This document shows positions 28,338 through 37,228 of a stretch of 64,000 bases of DNA, one piece after another. Under the pieces are notes generated by a model. It had not been told where the DNA came from, did not search any database, and was given only the letters and a program-made list of their open reading frames with translations. Position 1 is the first letter of the stretch. Each line of letters starts with the position of its first letter. The position numbers and the translations under genes are program-made. Origin of the DNA: an uncultured Erysipelotrichaceae bacterium (GTDB lineage Bacteria; Bacillota_I; Bacilli_A; RF39; UBA660); contig CACWUS010000002.1 in assembly GCA_902764145.1 (NCBI GenBank), forward strand, positions 69,493-133,492, given 5' to 3'.

Positions 28338-31229
28338 ATGAAAAAAAGAATGGGTTTTACATTAGTAGAGTTATTAGCAGTAATAGCAATTTTGGCAATA
28401 TTAGTAATTATAGCGCTTCCAAATATAATAGAAATGTTTAATAATGCTAAGAAAAGATTTTTCTATAATGAAATTAGAATAGTTTATAATACTGCTGAAG
28501 AAACATATATAAAAGATGCTTTTAGTAATTCTGGTATAAAAGTATATGCCAAGGGTGAAGATGGAACTAAATGTGCTAAAGAATTAGATATGAGTGATAG
28601 AGATGGTTTCTATTATTATATTTCTGTTGATAGCAGTGGTAAAGTTAATAAAATATATATAAAGGATAATAATTATCAGTATGTTTTAGAAAAAGAAGAT
28701 ATAAAAAAGAATGATATTTCATTTGATGATATTAAACCTTTATCAGAAGTAGAAAATATAATTGATATTACATGTGATGGTATTTTAGCAGATACTCCAT
28801 CAAGCGATAATGGAGTAACTATGTTTGTATCTGGTAAAACTTTAAATAAAACAATGAAAAAATTATCAGGTCAACAGAATTATAATTTAGATACATTTAA
28901 TAATAGTATAACTGCATTTAAAAGAAGTACTAATAGTAATGTACCTAATAATGCAGAAGTTGTATCTACTGAAAATTCTAAAAAAACTATATACATGTGG
29001 TATCAAAGTGGAACAATATATTATTATAGTGAAGATGATAAATTATATTTAAATGATAATAGTTCACATATGTTTTATAAGTTAAGAAGCCTATCTGATA
29101 TTGAGGGTATGAATTCTTTAGACACTTCAAGAGTAGTTAACATGCTAGCAATGTTTAGCGTAACTACTAATTTAAAATCACTAGAATGGAAAGATAGTTG
29201 GGATACTTCTAACGTAACTAATATGAGTCAAATGTTTACTAGTAGTGGTATCACTAATATGGATTTGAAAAAACTAAATACAGAAAAAGTTGCAAATATG
29301 TATTATATGTTTGCTGGAACTGAATTTTCTAGAATAGATTTAAGCAATTTTAATACAAAAAATCTTGTAGATATGGGTGGAATATTTAGTCAAAATTCAA
29401 ATCTTGTTGAAATTGATTTAAGTAGTTTTGATACATCAAAAGTAACAGATATGTCTGAACTATTTCATGGTGCAAGTAATATAACTAATGTAATTTTTGG
29501 TGATAATTTTAATACATCAAAAGTTACAGATATGGGATTTATGTTTGCAGGTGCTGAAAAATTAGAATCAATAGATTTAAGTAATTTTGATACATCAAAT
29601 GTAACTGATATGAGTTATATGTTCCATGGTTGTAAGAGTTTAAAGCAATTAGATGTAAGTAATTTTAATACGTCAAAAGTAACTAATATGTTAGATATGT
29701 TTAGTAGATGTGAAAAATTGACGCAACTTGATGTAAGTAATTTTAACACATCAAATGTTACAAACATGGCTGATATGTTTGAAGGATGTAAAAATTTATC
29801 ATCATTAAACTTAAGTAATTTTAATACATCAAAAGTAACATATATGCAATCTATGTTCTCTGGAAATACAAGTTTATTAGATATAAATTTAAGTAATTTT
29901 GATACATCAAATGTTACTAGTATGACATATATGTTTAATAATTGTGAAAATCTAAGGCAACTAAATGTAAGTACTTTTGATACAAAAAAAGTTACAGATA
30001 TGGAAAGTATGTTTGCTGGATGTAAAAACTTAACACAATTAAATTTAAGTAACTTTAACACATCAAAAGTAACAAATATGAAAAATATGTTTTATGAAGA
30101 TACTAATATAATATCTGTCAATTTAAGCAGTTTTAATACAACAAATGTAATAAATATGAGTAGTATGTTTTCTTTCGATGAAAGTTTAACCTCATTAGAT
30201 TTAAGTAGTTTTGATACATCAAATGTTACTAGTATGTCATATATGTTTTCTAAAAATAAAAGTTTAACTTCACTAGACTTAAATAATTTTAATACTCAAA
30301 ACGTTACAAATATGCAAGGAATGTTTAATGAATGTGAGAAGTTAACAACATTAAATATAAGTAATTTTGATACATCAAAAGTAACAAATATGAGAGAAAT
30401 GTTTAGAATGTGTCATAATTTATCATCATTAGATGTAAGTAACTTTAACACATCAAAAGTAACAAATATGAATAAAATGTTTAATGAATGTAAAAGTTTA
30501 TCATCACTAGACTTAAGTAGTTTTAATACCCAAAACGTTACAAACATGAATGGGATGTTTAGCGAATGTAAAAGTTTAACAACATTAAATGTTAGTAATT
30601 TTAATACTAGAAAAGTGACTGACATGGAAGAAATGTTTAAAATGTGCCATAATTTGTCATCACTAGATGTCAGTAGTTTCAACACAGAAAATGTTACAAA
30701 TATGAAAAAAATGTTTAATGAATGTAAAACTTTAACAACAATTAACTTAAACAATTTTAATACAAAAAATGTTACAAATATGAATTCAATGTTCTCTGGT
30801 AGTGATAACTTAAAAACATTAGATTTGAGTAGTTTTGATACAAGAAATGTTACTGATATGGGCGCTATGTTTAGAACTTGTGGTAAATTAGAAAATGTAA
30901 ATTTAAGTAATTTTACAACAGATAAAGTTAAAAATATGGAATCAATGTTTGCGGGATGCTTCAAATTAAAAACTCTTGATTTGAGTAGCTTTGATACAAA
31001 AAATGTTACTGATATGTCTTATATGTTTCTTTATAATTCACAATTAACTACAATATTTGCTAATAATTCAAAATTTAATACAACTAATGTTACTAAATCA
31101 GATAATATGTTTAATGGATGTAGTATTTTAAAAGGTGGAAATAATACTTCTTATGATTCTAGTCATATAGATAAAATATATGCTCGTATTGATAAATCTG
31201 GTTCTCCAGGATATTTTACAGCTAAGTAA
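28338..31229 (+). CDS. Type IV prepilin-like protein fused to about 25 BspA-type leucine-rich repeats
   Basis: MKKRMG/FTLVELLAVIAILAIL is a class III (prepilin peptidase) signal with Phe+1 and Glu+5. The C-terminal 650 aa are 22-23 aa repeats LxxLDLSNF(N/D)TSKVTNMxxMFxxCxxL. Confidence 0.75.
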   Translation: MKKRMGFTLVELLAVIAILAILVIIALPNIIEMFNNAKKRFFYNEIRIVYNTAEETYIKDAFSNSGIKVYAKGEDGTKCAKELDMSDRDGFYYYISVDSSGKVNKIYIKDNNYQYVLEKEDIKKNDISFDDIKPLSEVENIIDITCDGILADTPSSDNGVTMFVSGKTLNKTMKKLSGQQNYNLDTFNNSITAFKRSTNSNVPNNAEVVSTENSKKTIYMWYQSGTIYYYSEDDKLYLNDNSSHMFYKLRSLSDIEGMNSLDTSRVVNMLAMFSVTTNLKSLEWKDSWDTSNVTNMSQMFTSSGITNMDLKKLNTEKVANMYYMFAGTEFSRIDLSNFNTKNLVDMGGIFSQNSNLVEIDLSSFDTSKVTDMSELFHGASNITNVIFGDNFNTSKVTDMGFMFAGAEKLESIDLSNFDTSNVTDMSYMFHGCKSLKQLDVSNFNTSKVTNMLDMFSRCEKLTQLDVSNFNTSNVTNMADMFEGCKNLSSLNLSNFNTSKVTYMQSMFSGNTSLLDINLSNFDTSNVTSMTYMFNNCENLRQLNVSTFDTKKVTDMESMFAGCKNLTQLNLSNFNTSKVTNMKNMFYEDTNIISVNLSSFNTTNVINMSSMFSFDESLTSLDLSSFDTSNVTSMSYMFSKNKSLTSLDLNNFNTQNVTNMQGMFNECEKLTTLNISNFDTSKVTNMREMFRMCHNLSSLDVSNFNTSKVTNMNKMFNECKSLSSLDLSSFNTQNVTNMNGMFSECKSLTTLNVSNFNTRKVTDMEEMFKMCHNLSSLDVSSFNTENVTNMKKMFNECKTLTTINLNNFNTKNVTNMNSMFSGSDNLKTLDLSSFDTRNVTDMGAMFRTCGKLENVNLSNFTTDKVKNMESMFAGCFKLKTLDLSSFDTKNVTDMSYMFLYNSQLTTIFANNSKFNTTNVTKSDNMFNGCSILKGGNNTSYDSSHIDKIYARIDKSGSPGYFTAK
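29150..31060 (+). repeat. Tandem 66-69-nt coding repeats (LRR units)
   Basis: Recurrent AGTAATTTTAATACATCAAAAGTAACAAATATG... units. Their mirror image creates the spurious minus-strand ORFs 29615..30061 and 30413..30964. Confidence 0.8.
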
Positions 31230-31233
31230 AAAC

Positions 31234-31262
31234 TTGACAATAAATAATTATAGTTGTAATAT
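31234..31262 (+). promoter_or_regulatory. Near-consensus sigma-A promoter upstream of the hisS leader
   Basis: TTGACA-17 nt-TAATAT with TG two nt upstream of the -10. Confidence 0.6.
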
Positions 31263-31288
31263 TTATAACCAAGAAAGAAGGAATAAAT

Positions 31289-31366
31289 ATGATGAATTTA
31301 TTTAACAATAATCATAATAATCATCAAGTTCATAATAATGAACCTTCTTTGTTTTGTATAAAATAG
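31289..31366 (+). CDS. Candidate leader peptide (25 aa, Asn/His-rich)
   Basis: MMNLFNNNHNNHQVHNNEPSLFCIK. RBS AAGGAA 7 nt upstream. The stop codon is immediately followed by the attenuator hairpins. Confidence 0.4.
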   Translation: MMNLFNNNHNNHQVHNNEPSLFCIK

Positions 31367-31426
31367 CGACATAATTAAAATTAAATATTAATAAAGATTA
31401 TATGTCGACATATAATCTTTTTATTT
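31367..31426 (+). terminator. Attenuator: antiterminator/terminator alternative hairpins upstream of hisS
   Basis: CGACATAAT...ATTATATGTCG (7-9 bp) competes with the perfect 13-bp palindrome AAGATTATATGTC/GACATATAATCTT followed by TTTATTTT. Confidence 0.5.
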
Positions 31427-31473
31427 TAATAACAATAAAAAAATGATAAAATTAAATAGAAAGGATGATATAA

Positions 31474-32814
31474 ATGAAAACAGAACCTAAAACATTATCT
31501 GGATTTATGGAATTATATCCAAATGAGCAAATTGCTTTTGATAATATTAAAAATACAATAATAGATACATATAAAAAATATGGATTTTATCCTCTTGATA
31601 CACCAATAATAGAGTATTCTGAAGTTCTACTTGCTAAAGCAGGAGGAGAGACAGAAAAACAAATATATAGATTTGAAAAAGGTGATAATGATTTATCTTT
31701 AAGATTCGATTTAACTGTGCCTTTAGCTAAATATGTAGCAAGAAGATATAATGAACTTGTATTTCCATTTAAGAGATATCAAGTAGGAAAAGTATTTCGT
31801 GGTGAAAGACCACAAAAAGGTAGATTTAGAGAGTTTTATCAATGTGATATAGATGTTATAGGTGATGAAGAATTATCACTTAAATATGATTCAGAATTAG
31901 TTAATGTTATTTATGATATATTTAGTAAATTAAATATTGGTGATTTTAAAATTAGAATTAATAATAGAAAGATATTGAATGGTTTTTTTGGTAGATTGGG
32001 GATCAATAAAGAACTAACAGCTGAAGTATTAAGAATTATTGACAAGTCTGAAAAAATAAGTAGAGAAAGTTTGATTGATGAATTAGATAAAATTGGAATC
32101 ACTGAAATGCAAAGATTCGATATACTTAATTTGATGGATAGAAGATTAATTAATCCTGATATGGAAGAAAGTTTGAATTATTTGAAAAGAGAATATCCAA
32201 AAACTAATAAAGATAATAGTTTATTAAATGAGGGAATAGAAGAATTAGAAACTATTTTAAATGATTTGAAGTCAAGAGGAATACCTCGTAAATATTATGC
32301 AGTTGATTTAACAATAGCAAGGGGACTTGATTATTATACTGGTACAGTGTATGAAACATCACTTGTTGATTATCCTTCTATTGGAAGTGTATGTTCTGGT
32401 GGAAGATATGAAAATTTAGCAGAATTTTATACAGATAAAAAATTACCTGGAGTAGGACTTTCAATTGGGCTTACTAGACTTTTTTATCAATTAGTAGAAG
32501 CAAATATTATTAAAATTGATAATGTATCTTCTTCAGATGTTATGATACTTCCTATGTGTGATAATTACGAATATATATATAAAGTTAATAATATACTAAA
32601 AGAGAATAATATAAAGGTTAATATTTGTTATTTAGATAAAGGTTTTAAACAAAAAATGAAATATGCTAATAGAATGAATAATAAATATATAATAATAATT
32701 GGAGAAGATGAAGTTAATAATAATACAGTAGTACTTAAAAATATGATTAGTGGAAATCAAATGACTATTAGTTTTAATGAATTAGCTTCATTAAAAGAAA
32801 AAATACTAGAATAA
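31474..32814 (+). CDS. hisS: Histidyl-tRNA synthetase, archaeal/eukaryote-like type
   Basis: LRFDLTVPLAKYVA and GRFREFYQCDIDVIG match the YDLTVPFARY / REFYQCDFDIAG motifs of eukaryotic-type HisRS. C-terminal anticodon-binding domain present. Confidence 0.8.
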   Translation: MKTEPKTLSGFMELYPNEQIAFDNIKNTIIDTYKKYGFYPLDTPIIEYSEVLLAKAGGETEKQIYRFEKGDNDLSLRFDLTVPLAKYVARRYNELVFPFKRYQVGKVFRGERPQKGRFREFYQCDIDVIGDEELSLKYDSELVNVIYDIFSKLNIGDFKIRINNRKILNGFFGRLGINKELTAEVLRIIDKSEKISRESLIDELDKIGITEMQRFDILNLMDRRLINPDMEESLNYLKREYPKTNKDNSLLNEGIEELETILNDLKSRGIPRKYYAVDLTIARGLDYYTGTVYETSLVDYPSIGSVCSGGRYENLAEFYTDKKLPGVGLSIGLTRLFYQLVEANIIKIDNVSSSDVMILPMCDNYEYIYKVNNILKENNIKVNICYLDKGFKQKMKYANRMNNKYIIIIGEDEVNNNTVVLKNMISGNQMTISFNELASLKEKILE

Positions 32815-32858
32815 TTTTATAAAATATGATATAATATATTCCACTTAAGGGGGATATT

Positions 32859-33182
32859 ATGAATATAATAGAGCATTTAAATTATGCATTAGATCATGAA
32901 TATGATGTTTATTTATCAAGTAGTGTATTTAGAGAATTAACTTTAGATAATCCACGTATATCTTTATGGATAAAAGATAATGTTATCAACATTACTTCAA
33001 CAAGGGATTATAATTCATATTTGTATTATAGTAAAAATGATACTATTAAAATATGTGATGTATCTGATGTAGATACAATAATAGATATATATAGAGCTAC
33101 TAATGGATATACTCCAAAAGATATTAAAATTAATGGTTTAATTGAAATATTAGCGCAAGGTTATAAACTAGAAATAAAATAA
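32859..33182 (+). CDS. Hypothetical protein
   Basis: 107 aa. RBS AAGGGGGA upstream. Confidence 0.4.
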   Translation: MNIIEHLNYALDHEYDVYLSSSVFRELTLDNPRISLWIKDNVINITSTRDYNSYLYYSKNDTIKICDVSDVDTIIDIYRATNGYTPKDIKINGLIEILAQGYKLEIK

Positions 33183-33211
33183 TTGACAATAAATAGTCAA
33201 GAAAGTATAAT
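33183..33211 (+). promoter_or_regulatory. Consensus sigma-A promoter for T-box leader 1
   Basis: TTGACA-17 nt-TATAAT. Confidence 0.65.
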
Positions 33212-33217
33212 GAAAAG

Positions 33218-33424
33218 AGTAAATCGATGATGTGGAGAAGTAACATATAAATTCTTTATAGAGAGTTAGTGTCTGGTGAAAACTAATAAGATATATATGT
33301 GAATAACACCACTGAGTGGAATGTCGAAATTAAGTAGACACTCACGGTTAATACCGTTATATAAATTAAGTAAATAAAGGGATGGTACCGTCTTATGACT
33401 CCTTGTGCCATTCCTTTTTATTTT
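33218..33424 (+). promoter_or_regulatory. T-box riboswitch leader (controls ASCH-asnS-aspS-gatCAB)
   Basis: Stem I AGAGAG...GGTGAAA elements. Distal AGTGGAATG. T-box sequence AAATAAAGGGATGGTACCGTC. Terminator GGATGG...CCATTCC plus TTTTTATTTT. Confidence 0.7.
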
Positions 33425-33436
33425 AGGAGAGTAACT

Positions 33437-33775
33437 ATGAAACATATAATGAGATTAAATAATGAACCATTTGAATCAATTAAAAATGGTACTAAAACAA
33501 TTGAACTTAGACTCTATGATGACAAAAGAAGACTACTCAATATTGGTGATACAATAGAATTTATAAATAGAATAAATGAAGATACAATTTTAACTAAAGT
33601 TATAAAACTACATATTTATAAAAATTTTAGAGAATTATATAATTATTTTAATAAAATATCTTTAGGATATAGTGAAAATGAAGAAAAAAATCCTGATGAT
33701 ATGTATAAATATTATAGTGAAGAAGAACAAAATAAATATGGTGTAGTTGGAATAGAAATAAAATTAATAAAATAG
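33437..33775 (+). CDS. ASCH-domain (PUA-like) protein
   Basis: MKHIMRLNNEPFESIKNGTKTIELRL is typical of the ASCH N-terminus. Start moved to the ATG after AGGAGAG; the track's 33395 start lies inside the T-box terminator. Confidence 0.5.
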   Translation: MKHIMRLNNEPFESIKNGTKTIELRLYDDKRRLLNIGDTIEFINRINEDTILTKVIKLHIYKNFRELYNYFNKISLGYSENEEKNPDDMYKYYSEEEQNKYGVVGIEIKLIK

Positions 33776-33778
33776 GAG

Positions 33779-35167
33779 ATGATAAAAATGGATGTAAAAG
33801 ATTTGTTTGAAAGTATTAAAAAGTTTGAAGGAAAAGAAGTTACTTTAGAAGGATGGGTTAGAAATAATAGAAATCAATCTAATTTTGGTTTCGTAGATTT
33901 TAATGATGGAACATATTTTAAAAGCTTACAATTAGTATATGATAAAGAATTAAAAGATTTTGATAATATTAGTAAAATTAGAGTTGGCTCTGCAATTAGA
34001 GTAAAAGGAAAAATAGTTAAGAGTGAAGGTAGTGGTCAAAGCCATGAAATGAAAGTATCTAGTGTAGAATTATTAGGTGATAGTCCTGAAGATTATCCAA
34101 TTCAACCTAAGAGACATACTAGAGAATTCTTAAGAGAAGTTGCATATTTAAGACCAAGAACTAATTTGTTTAATGCAGTATTTAGAGTACGTAGTGTAGC
34201 TGCACAAGCTATTCATGAATATTTTCAAAGTCATAATTATGTTTATTTTCATAGTCCAATTATAACTGCTGCTGATTGCGAAGGATCAGATCAAATGTTT
34301 AAACTTACTACATTTGACTTAAATAATGTTCCTAAAGATGAAAAAGGTAATGCTGACTTTAAAAAAGATTTGTTTGGTAAAAAAGTATATATTACAGGAA
34401 GCGGACAATTACATGGCGAAACATATGCTCTTGCATATAAGAAAATTTATACTTTTGGACCAACACTTAGAACTGAAAAATCAAATACTAAAACACATGC
34501 TAATGAATTTTGGATGATTGAACCAGAAGTGGCATTTTGTGATTTAAATGGAATAATGAATATTGAAGAAGAAATGCTTAAATTTGTTATTAAATATGTT
34601 ATGGATAAATGTCCTTTAGAAATGGAATTTTTTGATAAATTTGTAGAAAAAGGAATTATAGAAAAATTAAATAAAGTATTAAATAGTAAGTTTGTTAGAA
34701 TTACTCATCATGATGCAATTACTTTACTTAAGGAAGCAAATGTTAAATGGGAATTTGAACCAGAATATGGTGAAGATATAGCAAAAGAACATGAAAAATA
34801 TATTACAGAACATTTTAATGGTCCAGTATTTATTACTGATTGGCCAAAAGATATTAAAGCTTATTATATGAAATTAAATCCAGATAATGAAACAGTAGCT
34901 GCTGTTGATTTAGAAGTACCAGGTTCTGGAGAACTTATGGGTGGAAGTCAAAGAGAAGATGATTATGATAAACTTATAAATAGAATGAAAGAATTAAATA
35001 TTGATTATAGTGAAATGGATTGGTACACAAATCTTAGACGTTTTGGAGGATGCTATCACTCTGGATTTGGCTTAGGATTTGAAAGATTAATAATGTATTT
35101 AACAGGAATAGAAAATATTAGAGATGTTATACCATATCCAAGAACACCAAATAATTGTGATTATTAA
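33779..35167 (+). CDS. asnS: Asparaginyl-tRNA synthetase
   Basis: Class IIb aaRS with N-terminal OB fold. Motifs FRVRS, GSGQLHGE, EPEVAFCDL, GGSQRE, GFGLGFERL. 462 aa. Confidence 0.85.
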   Translation: MIKMDVKDLFESIKKFEGKEVTLEGWVRNNRNQSNFGFVDFNDGTYFKSLQLVYDKELKDFDNISKIRVGSAIRVKGKIVKSEGSGQSHEMKVSSVELLGDSPEDYPIQPKRHTREFLREVAYLRPRTNLFNAVFRVRSVAAQAIHEYFQSHNYVYFHSPIITAADCEGSDQMFKLTTFDLNNVPKDEKGNADFKKDLFGKKVYITGSGQLHGETYALAYKKIYTFGPTLRTEKSNTKTHANEFWMIEPEVAFCDLNGIMNIEEEMLKFVIKYVMDKCPLEMEFFDKFVEKGIIEKLNKVLNSKFVRITHHDAITLLKEANVKWEFEPEYGEDIAKEHEKYITEHFNGPVFITDWPKDIKAYYMKLNPDNETVAAVDLEVPGSGELMGGSQREDDYDKLINRMKELNIDYSEMDWYTNLRRFGGCYHSGFGLGFERLIMYLTGIENIRDVIPYPRTPNNCDY

Positions 35168-35181
35168 TAGGAGGAATTGAT

Positions 35182-36936
35182 ATGGATAAAATGTATCGTT
35201 CCACTATGATTGAAGATATTACAATTGATTTTATAGATAAAAAAATAGTTGTTAGTGGATGGATACAGAATATTAGAGATCATGGTGGAGTTTTATTTTT
35301 AGATTTAAGAGATTCTACTGGTATTTTACAAACAGTATCAAATGATGATAATATGTTTAAAGGTCTTGCTAAAGAATCAGTTATTAGACTTGAAGGTACC
35401 ATTAGAAAAAGAAGTGAAGAAACATATAATGATAAAATTAAAACTGGTGAAGTTGAACTTTTAGTAAGTGATATTAAAGTATTATCTTCTTCATTACATG
35501 AACTTCCATTTGAAATAATATCTAGTAAGCAAGTAAGTGAAGATGTAAGACTTAAATATAGATATTTAGATATGAGGAATGATAAAGTAAAAGATAATAT
35601 ATTACTTAGAAGTGAACTTTTGCATTTCTTAAGAAATAAAATGCATGACTTAAAATTTACTGAAGTAGAAACACCAATATTAACAGCTTCTTCTCCAGAA
35701 GGAGCAAGGGATTTTGTTGTTCCATCAAGAAAATATAAAGGTAAATTTTATGCTCTTCCACAAGCACCACAAATATATAAAGAATTATTAATGGTTGGAG
35801 GAATTGATAAATACTTTCAAATCGCTCCATGTTTTAGAGATGAGGATTCTAGAAAAGATAGAACTTTAGAATTTTATCAATTAGATTTAGAAATGAGCTT
35901 TGTAGATGAAGAAGATGTGCTTTCATTAGGAGAAAAAATATTTTATGATGTTTTTTCAAAATATAGTGATAAGGTAGTTAGTAAAATTCCATTTAAAAGA
36001 CTTACTTATGAAGAAAGTATGGAATTATATGGTACTGATAAACCAGATTTAAGGAACCCACTTATAATTGAAGATATCGGCGAAATATTAAAAAACACTT
36101 CATTTGGACCTTTCAAAAATGCTACAATAAAAGCAATTAATGTTGATAAAATTGGTGATAAGCCAAACTCTTGGTTTAATGAAATAGTTGATTATGCTTC
36201 ATCTATTGGAATGCCAGGAATAGGTTATTTAACATTAAACAGCGATGGTACATTTAAGGGACCTATTGATAAATTTTTGACTGATAAAGAAAGAGAAGAT
36301 ATTATAAGTACTCTTAAAATGAAAAATAATTCAGTAGTATTCTTTATCGCTAATAAAAATAAAAAAGTTGCTCAAAAATTTGCGGGGTTAATTAGAACTG
36401 AGTTAGGGAAAAAATTAGATTTAATTGATAAAAATAAAATAGAAATGTGTATAATAAAAGATTTTCCATTATTTGAATATAATGATGAAAAAAGAAAATA
36501 TGAATTTTGTCACAATCCATTTAGTAAACCACAAGAAGAAACTGAATATACTAAAGAAAATATGAGTAACATTCTTGCATATCAATATGACTTTGTATGT
36601 AATGGTAATGAGATGGCATCTGGTGCTGTTAGAAATAGTGATTTAGATTCATTAACAAAAGGTTTTGAAGCAGTAGGATATACAAAAGAAGAAGTAGAAA
36701 ATAAATTTCAAAGTATGTTTACTGCATTTAAATATGGTGTTCCACCACATGCTGGAATGGCAATTGGAATAGATAGACTTCTAATGATTATTAAAGATGA
36801 AGATAACTTAAGAGAAGTACAAGCTTTTCCTGTTAGTTCTAGTGGTATAGATTATATGATGGGAAGTCCTAGTACACTTGATAAAAGTCAACTTGATGAA
36901 CTTGGAATTGTTTTTAGGAGGGATGTAAATGAGTAA
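35182..36936 (+). CDS. aspS: Aspartyl-tRNA synthetase (bacterial type, probably non-discriminating given gatCAB downstream)
   Basis: 584 aa with GAD insertion. FYALPQAPQIYKE, QIAPCFRDED, GMAIGIDRL. Confidence 0.85.
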   Translation: MDKMYRSTMIEDITIDFIDKKIVVSGWIQNIRDHGGVLFLDLRDSTGILQTVSNDDNMFKGLAKESVIRLEGTIRKRSEETYNDKIKTGEVELLVSDIKVLSSSLHELPFEIISSKQVSEDVRLKYRYLDMRNDKVKDNILLRSELLHFLRNKMHDLKFTEVETPILTASSPEGARDFVVPSRKYKGKFYALPQAPQIYKELLMVGGIDKYFQIAPCFRDEDSRKDRTLEFYQLDLEMSFVDEEDVLSLGEKIFYDVFSKYSDKVVSKIPFKRLTYEESMELYGTDKPDLRNPLIIEDIGEILKNTSFGPFKNATIKAINVDKIGDKPNSWFNEIVDYASSIGMPGIGYLTLNSDGTFKGPIDKFLTDKEREDIISTLKMKNNSVVFFIANKNKKVAQKFAGLIRTELGKKLDLIDKNKIEMCIIKDFPLFEYNDEKRKYEFCHNPFSKPQEETEYTKENMSNILAYQYDFVCNGNEMASGAVRNSDLDSLTKGFEAVGYTKEEVENKFQSMFTAFKYGVPPHAGMAIGIDRLLMIIKDEDNLREVQAFPVSSSGIDYMMGSPSTLDKSQLDELGIVFRRDVNE

Positions 36937-37228
36937 TTTTACAAAAGAAAAAATTGATAAGTATGCAGATGATTTACTTATAGGTTTAACAGAAGAAGAA
37001 AGAACAATGATACAAGAGGAATTTGATTTAATTGAAAAAAATATGGATTTAATTAATAAGATTCCAAATATTAAAGATGTAGAACCTCAAAGTTTTCCTT
37101 TTGAAATGGAAGTAACGGATTTAAGAAGCGATGAAAAGGAAATAGAGCCAATAGATATAGACGTGCTTCTTAGTAATTGTGATCAAACAGAAGGAAGAGA
37201 AGTAGAAGTTCCAAAGGTGGTGGGATAA
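36929..37228 (+). CDS. gatC: Glutamyl/aspartyl-tRNA amidotransferase subunit C
   Basis: 99 aa. Position and size between aspS and gatA. Overlapping starts. Confidence 0.75.
   Translation: MSNFTKEKIDKYADDLLIGLTEEERTMIQEEFDLIEKNMDLINKIPNIKDVEPQSFPFEMEVTDLRSDEKEIEPIDIDVLLSNCDQTEGREVEVPKVVG

Noticed and set aside
29615-30964. Minus-strand ORFs 29615..30061 and 30413..30964
   Set aside because: Mirror images of the LRR tandem repeats in the pilin-LRR gene. They are repeat-generated open frames with no RBS or independent signal.
31230-31473. T-box riboswitch upstream of hisS
   Set aside because: No AGGGTGGNACCGCG-like T-box sequence or stem I elements. The region instead has a leader ORF plus hairpins.
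34326-34517. Short alternate-frame plus-strand ORFs inside asnS, gatA and alaS (34326..34517, 37556..37750, 41649..41864)
   Set aside because: They lie fully within well-supported genes in another frame. No translation signals.
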